63,207 bases of DNA, from the NCBI GenBank assembly GCA_016184305.1, contig JACPCX010000177.1:1-63207 (forward strand), given 5' to 3'. Every line of letters starts with the position of its first letter. Position 1 is the stretch's first letter. Shown one piece after another: positions 58,324 to 63,207 of the stretch. The notes below the pieces were generated by a model. That model made no database searches. It had not been told where the DNA came from and worked only from the letters and a program-made list of their open reading frames with translations. The position numbers were made by a program, and so were the translations under genes. The stretch is from Candidatus Rokuibacteriota bacterium (GTDB taxonomy: Bacteria; Methylomirabilota; Methylomirabilia; Rokubacteriales; CSP1-6).

Positions 58324-58889
58324 GGAACCTCTCCCTGTGCGAGTGTGTGCTGCACGCGCCCCGCCCGAGGGGGCCGCATCAAGACATGCACCCTGGTACC
58401 CCACACGGCGATCGTACCCGCGCCTCGCCGACCATTGCCAGGAGCTCGGTGAGCGCAGCCAACGCTGACGGCGTCCTCGCGGCGGCCGGCCCCCCGCCGT
58501 GCCGCCTCGCCCTGATCGCCCCCGCCCTGTGACCCCCTCGCCCGGCCATCCGTCCCCCCCACTCGGGCGGGCGCCCCGAGGGGACGCGCCGCGCTCCGCC
58601 AGCGCGCCCGACCGCCGAGGGATCTGCCCGTGGCCCAGCGAGGCGCTCCCTGTCGTCGATGATGAGGATCGTGTCGCGGTCCGTCATAGCGCGCCCAGAC
58701 ATGGCGCGGGGCGCCGACGGGTCTCTCCCCCGCTTGCGGCGCCCCGCGGTCCTGCTGTCTCATGGTGGAGGGTAAGGGATTCGTAGCGTCCGACCCTCCA
58801 AGTTCCCGTGATTTATCGACCCCTTCCCCGCCCCAAGCGGCACCAAGCGGCATCCCGCGTCCACCGGCGTCCACGGCTCAGCATCCTAC

Positions 58890-59400
58890 TACACCATCGC
58901 CCGACAGGCCGCCTTCCGCGTCCGAGCCCCGTCCCGATGAACCCCGCGAGCAGAAGCGGGAGGAGAGGCGCCCCGACCCAACCAAGAGGTCGGACCCGGC
59001 TGATGGGCCGTAAAGCGGCGCAATGGAGCCGCCAGGAGCCGTTTCTGCGCGAGCGCCGCAGTACGCCGACTGCCGCACAGTTCCTCACGCACCATGCTGC
59101 CGCCCACCTCACGGCGCTCGTGCGGCGGCGGCACATCCAGCGCCACCCAGCAGAGGCGGTAGAGGTCCTCGCCCAGCGTGCCTCGCTCGACGGCGCCCTC
59201 GAGGTCTCGGCGGCTCGCCACGATGCGCCGCCTGTCGAGGTTGATACGGCGGGAAGCGCCCACACCACGGCCTTCGCCCTCCTGGAGGCATCGGAGGGGC
59301 GTCCCCTCGGCGTCCGGGCCAAGCAGAGGACCTCGGCTATCTGCCCGACGATCTCAAGCCCGCGGCACGAATCGCAAAGTAAAGGCCTCGCGGATGAGGG
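58890..59400 (-). pseudogene. Degenerate sigma54 activator AAA+ fragment
   Basis: GASRRINLD..RIVAS.RDLEGAVERG...EDLYRL..LDVPP. Frameshifted. Confidence 0.55.
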
Positions 59401-59505
59401 CGGAGCTGCTCACCCGGCAGTGGGCGCACGTCGACATCGGGGCCGGCTGGAGGCGCCCCTGCAGGCCGAGCGGGGCGTGACGCGGGTGGCAGTGCCGCTG
59501 AGAAG

Positions 59506-59778
59506 CGGCAAAGTCACGGCACGGTTTCCGGGCGGCGACATGCCGCTCGAGGGCGTCAGCGTCGCGGAACTCAGCGAAAGGATGGCGAGGGAAATGGTGG
59601 GCTGGGACGGGATTGAACCGCCGACACCAGGATTTTCAGTCGGCCCCGGGGAGGAGGACCATGCACCACCATCGTCGCCTATCGATGAGAATCAAGCGGA
59701 TAGCGAGCCCTGAGCGCCGCGTACCCGCGCGATTGCCGCGTATGGTAGCCGATGCTTTCGGCAAAGTTCCGGCAAAGT
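59506..59778. repeat. CGGCAAAGT direct repeats on both sides of the tRNA fragment (arm-type integrase sites?)
   Basis: CGGCAAAGT at 59506, CGGCACGGT at 59517, CGGCAAAGT at 59759 and 59770. 11-bp period within each pair. Confidence 0.6.
59595..59641 (-). other. 3' part of tRNA-Phe(GAA): att-like site, not an intact tRNA
   Basis: GACTGAAAATCCTGGTGTCGGCGGTTCAATCCCGTCCCAGCCCACCA has the anticodon loop, T arm and CCA. There is no D arm or 5' acceptor strand upstream. Confidence 0.85.
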
Positions 59779-59939
59779 CAACGGGCTCCCGGCCGCGGTG
59801 CTCGCGCTCCGAGCAGACCAAGAAACAGGGTAGCGCGCGGAGCGGAAGGTCCAGAGCCTGACCACCATGACCACGGTCCGGTTATCGCACCGCACTGGCT
59901 CCCTATGGGCGACCCTCGGTGGCTCTGCTTGGGCGACCG

Positions 59940-60100
59940 TTGACAATCATCGACGGGGAGACGGTCATCACGGGTTCGTTCAACTTCACGACGGCGGCTG
60001 AGCGGCAGAACGCGGAGGACCTGCTCGTGATCCACGACACGGCGCTGGCCGCCCGGTCACCGAGAACTGGCGCGCTCACGGCGCGCACTCGGTGCGGTAC
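59940..60100 (+). pseudogene. Phospholipase D-family (Nuc-like) C-terminal fragment
   Basis: IIDGETVITGSFNFTTAAERQNAEDLLVI. The HxK part is missing. Confidence 0.7.
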
Positions 60101-60263
60101 GTGGGGCGGTAGGCCACCGAACGCAGTCAACACCAATGCCATGCGAAGCTACGCGGCCCACCCCCTGGCCCCCTCGGGCCCCGAAAGCTTGACAGAAGGG
60201 GCCAGACTCGGACGCTGGCCGCCCCAGGAGACCCAGGAGCCGCTGCCACAGCTTGCGGAAGCT

Positions 60264-61493
60264 TCAATGGCCCCTTGAACGTGAGCCCGGGGGCTCACTG
60301 CGCGCTGCGATGACCAGGAACCCGTCCGGGGCGAGACTGGTCGCCAGCATCACTTCGTTGATGTCGCGATGCTCCGACCATGCGCTCAGCCGCTGATGCT
60401 CGGGACCGAGCCACGACGACACGATCGCGGCCCGGAGGCCGACGTACGAGGCCAGCGCGTGCACCCGCGCGCGCAAGTCGTCGCCGCCGAAGGCGCGCCG
60501 ACGGCCATCGTCCGTGTCCTTCTCGAGCCCTTCGACGGCAGCAAGGCCGATGGCCAGACCGAGCTCGCGGAACGCGAGGCGCCGCGACTCCGGCTGTCGC
60601 CGGTCTCCGCGCTGTGAGTAATGGGCCAGGCCGTCGTGGGCGGCCTCGAGCAAGCGCTCGAGGAGCATCCCGTCCTCGAACGCGCCTCGCGCCATGAGCT
60701 GCCCGACTCGATAGGCATCCGCCAGGAGACCGCCCAGGCCGAGGGGATCATCCGTCCGGAGATCGGTGCCGTCGGTCATCGTGGCGAAGTCCGCTACCGC
60801 GCGCTGGAGGTCCGGCCCCTGCGCCGCGGCCGACATGAGAGCGGCGGTCGTCTCGAGCTGGACGCACGTGATGAGGCCGTCCAGCGGGTCGTGGTGGCCC
60901 ATCGAGGCGACGAGCGGCCGGGACAGATCCGTGCTCATCTTCCACACCATGCGGCGGCCGGCTCGCCCGCCGCCCGCGCGGGCGAACGCGGCGTGGGCCG
61001 CCTCCCCGAGCTCTCGCGCCCAGAGATTGAATCGCCGATCCCCGGTCGCGGCCGAGACCTGGTCGAGGGCGTGCATCCATTTGGTCAGGTAGTGAAAATA
61101 CTGGCCGTCCCGGTCCCACTCGAGCCCCTGGTCGAACGGCTCCCCGGGACCTCGCTCCGGCAGGGCCTTGCCGATGCGCAGACCGCCACGGGTCGGATGG
61201 GCCTCGCCCTCCCGCTCGCCCAGCCCGCTGATCCAGCCGGCGCGCGTGTCATCGGCCCGATATCGCCCAAGCACGTGATGCACCTGGTCGACCAGCCGGA
61301 GCGCGAGGTCCGCGTAAGACCGCTCGCCCGTCAGGCGCGCGAGCCCGAGGAAGTTACAGACGGCGAAGGCGTCCGTCCACAGGTACCGCTGCGTGGGCCG
61401 GTCCGACGTGAGCCCGGTCCGCTCCGCGAAGCGCCGCATGAGCAGGGTCGCCTTCTCGATGGCCTTCCCGATGGCCTCCTCGTGCGACGGCAT
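60264..61493 (-). CDS. Conserved hypothetical protein (RYLWTDAF / DGQYFHYLTKWM motifs)
   Basis: 409-aa ORF with strongly protein-like conserved motifs (HHDPLDG, RLAFRELG, HRDINEVM). Confidence 0.85.
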   Translation of the reverse strand: MPSHEEAIGKAIEKATLLMRRFAERTGLTSDRPTQRYLWTDAFAVCNFLGLARLTGERSYADLALRLVDQVHHVLGRYRADDTRAGWISGLGEREGEAHPTRGGLRIGKALPERGPGEPFDQGLEWDRDGQYFHYLTKWMHALDQVSAATGDRRFNLWARELGEAAHAAFARAGGGRAGRRMVWKMSTDLSRPLVASMGHHDPLDGLITCVQLETTAALMSAAAQGPDLQRAVADFATMTDGTDLRTDDPLGLGGLLADAYRVGQLMARGAFEDGMLLERLLEAAHDGLAHYSQRGDRRQPESRRLAFRELGLAIGLAAVEGLEKDTDDGRRRAFGGDDLRARVHALASYVGLRAAIVSSWLGPEHQRLSAWSEHRDINEVMLATSLAPDGFLVIAARSEPPGSRSRGH

Positions 61494-61526
61494 CGTGCGC
61501 GCGTCGGCGTCGCCTCGGCCTCCCCG

Positions 61527-62477
61527 CTACGAGCCCGCGGGTGCCGGGTGCGCCGCATCCAGGGCTTGAAGCTCTTGCGGCGTCAGCGTGAGCGAGAGCG
61601 CGACGGCGTTTTCCTTGACGTGGGCGACCGACCCGGATTCCGGTATCGCCATGACATTGCCCCCGCGGATGGTCCAGGCCAGCGTGACCGCGGCGGTCGA
61701 GCAACCACGCGCGGCGGCAATGCGCGCGAGCGTGGGATCACGCAGCAATGCGGCGCCTGACCCGCCCAGCGGCGAATAGGCCATGACCGGCATGCCGTGG
61801 CGCTCGCACCATGGCAAGAGATCGCGCTCGATGCCTCGAGTGTCGAGGCTATACCGGACCTGGTTCGTCGCGCAGCGGTCGCCGTTCGGCACACGGAAGA
61901 GCTCTTCCATGTCGCGGACCGTGAAGTTGGACACGCCCCAGGCGCGAATCTTCCCCTTCGCCCGCAGGCTTTCGAACGCCGCGACAATGCTGGAAAGACT
62001 CAGGGATCTTTCCGGCCAGTGCTGAAGGTAGAGATCGAGATGATCCGTGCCGAGACGGGCAAGGCTCGCCTCGCACGCGCGCGCGATGCCGTCTCCCGCC
62101 AGATGAGTCCTCCAGACCTTCGAGACCAGGAAGGCACGATCGCGCTGACCGGCGATCGCACGGCCGACAAGATCCTCCGATCCGTAGATCTCCGCCGTGT
62201 CGATCACGGTCATCCCGAGCGACAGGCCGGCGCGCAGCGCTTCTTCCTCGGCGGCCTGAGGATGTCTTCCCTTTCCAAGGCGCGCCGACCCCTGGCCGAG
62301 CGCAGGGACGATCGTGCCATCGCGGAACTTGACCGTCCGGCCGGTGCTCGGAGCGGCGCCAGGGGCGACAGTTTGCGCCGCCGCGCCCGATGACGCGGCA
62401 AGGATCGCGCCGGCGGAGCATAGGGACGTTGCGCAGAGTCTCGTGAATTCGCGCCGGTTCAGCCGCCTGCGGTTCAT
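61527..62477 (-). CDS. Aldo/keto reductase with Tat-like N-terminus
   Basis: IDTAEIYG, VSKV, DLYLQHW, WGVSNF, AYSPLG. N-terminal NRREF followed by a hydrophobic stretch. Confidence 0.9.
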   Translation of the reverse strand: MNRRRLNRREFTRLCATSLCSAGAILAASSGAAAQTVAPGAAPSTGRTVKFRDGTIVPALGQGSARLGKGRHPQAAEEEALRAGLSLGMTVIDTAEIYGSEDLVGRAIAGQRDRAFLVSKVWRTHLAGDGIARACEASLARLGTDHLDLYLQHWPERSLSLSSIVAAFESLRAKGKIRAWGVSNFTVRDMEELFRVPNGDRCATNQVRYSLDTRGIERDLLPWCERHGMPVMAYSPLGGSGAALLRDPTLARIAAARGCSTAAVTLAWTIRGGNVMAIPESGSVAHVKENAVALSLTLTPQELQALDAAHPAPAGS

Positions 62478-62629
62478 GTCTTTCGCCTCCTGGCCGGGCA
62501 TAGTATCGAAGCGCCTAGTCAACATCAACGCCCTCCGCGCCCTCGCTCCCCCGCCCCTGCGCTCCGTTCCCGGGCCGTCAGGCCCCCAGCCCCGCACGCC
62601 GCCCCCCCGCTGGAGCCGCTGGAGCCGCA

Positions 62630-62940
62630 GGCACAGCCTCGACCTCGACGCGCGGCTCGTGGTGCTCTCGGCCTGCGAGACCGGCCTCGGCCGACTCTCC
62701 CGGGGCGACGACCTGGTGGGGCTGCAGCGCGCCATTCTCTACGCTGGCACCCCGGCGGTGATCACCACGCTCTGGAAGGTGGACGACCGCGCGAGCTTCG
62801 CCCTGATGGAGCAGTTCTACGACGAGCTCCAGCGGCGCGGGCCCGCCCGCGCTCTCCGCGAGGCCGGCCGCGCCACGCTGGCGCAGCACCCGCATCCCTT
62901 CGCCTGGGCCGGCTACGTCCTCACCGGCCTCCCCGACTGA
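62630..62940 (+). pseudogene. CHAT (caspase-like) domain C-terminal fragment
   Basis: LVVLSACETGLG, LWKVDD, HPFAWAGYVLTG. The N-terminal part with the catalytic His is absent. Confidence 0.75.
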
Positions 62941-63096
62941 CTCCCGCGGGCCCCACCGGCGCGCTCCCGGCCGCCCGCCGCCGGCCCCGCTCCCGCTGCC
63001 CTTGACGACGTCCCCGTGGCCATCGCACCATCACGGCGGGGTCGGTCAGACCCGCGCAGGCGCCGGATCACACAGCACCAGACGCGGAGGTTCCCG

Positions 63097-63207
63097 ATGG
63101 ACTTCAGCTTCACTGACGAGCAGGAGCTCTTTCGCAAGACGGTGCGGCAGTTCAGCGAGCGCGAGGTGCGACCGCAGTACGCGGATCGCGAGCGACCGGA
63201 CTATGAT
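63097..63207 (+). CDS. Acyl-CoA dehydrogenase, 5' end (runs off the window)
   Basis: MDFSFTDEQELFRKTVRQFSEREVRP, with GGAGG RBS. Confidence 0.85.
   Translation, partial: MDFSFTDEQELFRKTVRQFSEREVRPQYADRERPDYD

Noticed and set aside
58379-58702. Receiver-like small ORF (TILIIDDRE)
   Set aside because: Similarity is limited to a few N-terminal residues and the rest is low-complexity; not supportable as a gene.
59595-59641. Intact tRNA-Phe gene
   Set aside because: The sequence upstream of the anticodon arm cannot form the D arm or acceptor stem.
62630-62940. CHAT protease as part of a defence or CRISPR-associated system
   Set aside because: Only a C-terminal fragment without the catalytic His region is present, with no TPR, cas or gasdermin-like neighbours.
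1-63207. CRISPR array, rRNA, intact transposase or integrase
   Set aside because: No regularly spaced repeat-spacer run and no such coding motifs were seen by eye.

Overview
Very GC-rich bacterial window. Gene content and style suggest a Ca. Rokubacteria/Methylomirabilota-like soil or sediment organism, but this is inference, not shown. It has five blocks. (1) 0-5.2 kb: decayed polX and other gene remnants around a CBS protein and an M50 protease-CBS gene, driven by divergent sigma54 promoters. (2) 5.3-26.6 kb: a Crp/Fnr (DNR/HcpR-like) controlled nitrosative/anaerobic respiration locus. It carries DUF542, DUF1858-DUF2249, a radical SAM-DUF59 fusion, and a heme-copper oxidase whose active-site Tyr is replaced by Gln (HSSQQ; eNOR-type nitric oxide reductase). 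Alongside are a degenerate second subunit-I paralog, ctaB, SCO, a diheme cytochrome c and a cytochrome b-4Fe4S-MvhD fusion. (3) 28-47.3 kb: one minus-strand, TetR-headed gene run that interleaves anaerobic phenylacetate oxidation genes (pad-like) with a split class I benzoyl-CoA reductase. It has Dch- and BadH-like enzymes but no recognisable ring-opening hydrolase, and an atypical amidohydrolase follows. (4) 47.7-58.3 kb: a sigma54 two-component system with USPs, BirA, an APH-type kinase, a tandem APS-kinase-like protein and a CBS protein. (5) 58.9-63.2 kb: remnants, a tRNA-Phe 3' fragment flanked by arm-like repeats (att-like site), a conserved hypothetical, a Tat-signal aldo/keto reductase and the start of an acyl-CoA dehydrogenase. 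All calls come from reading motifs by eye; no database searches were run.
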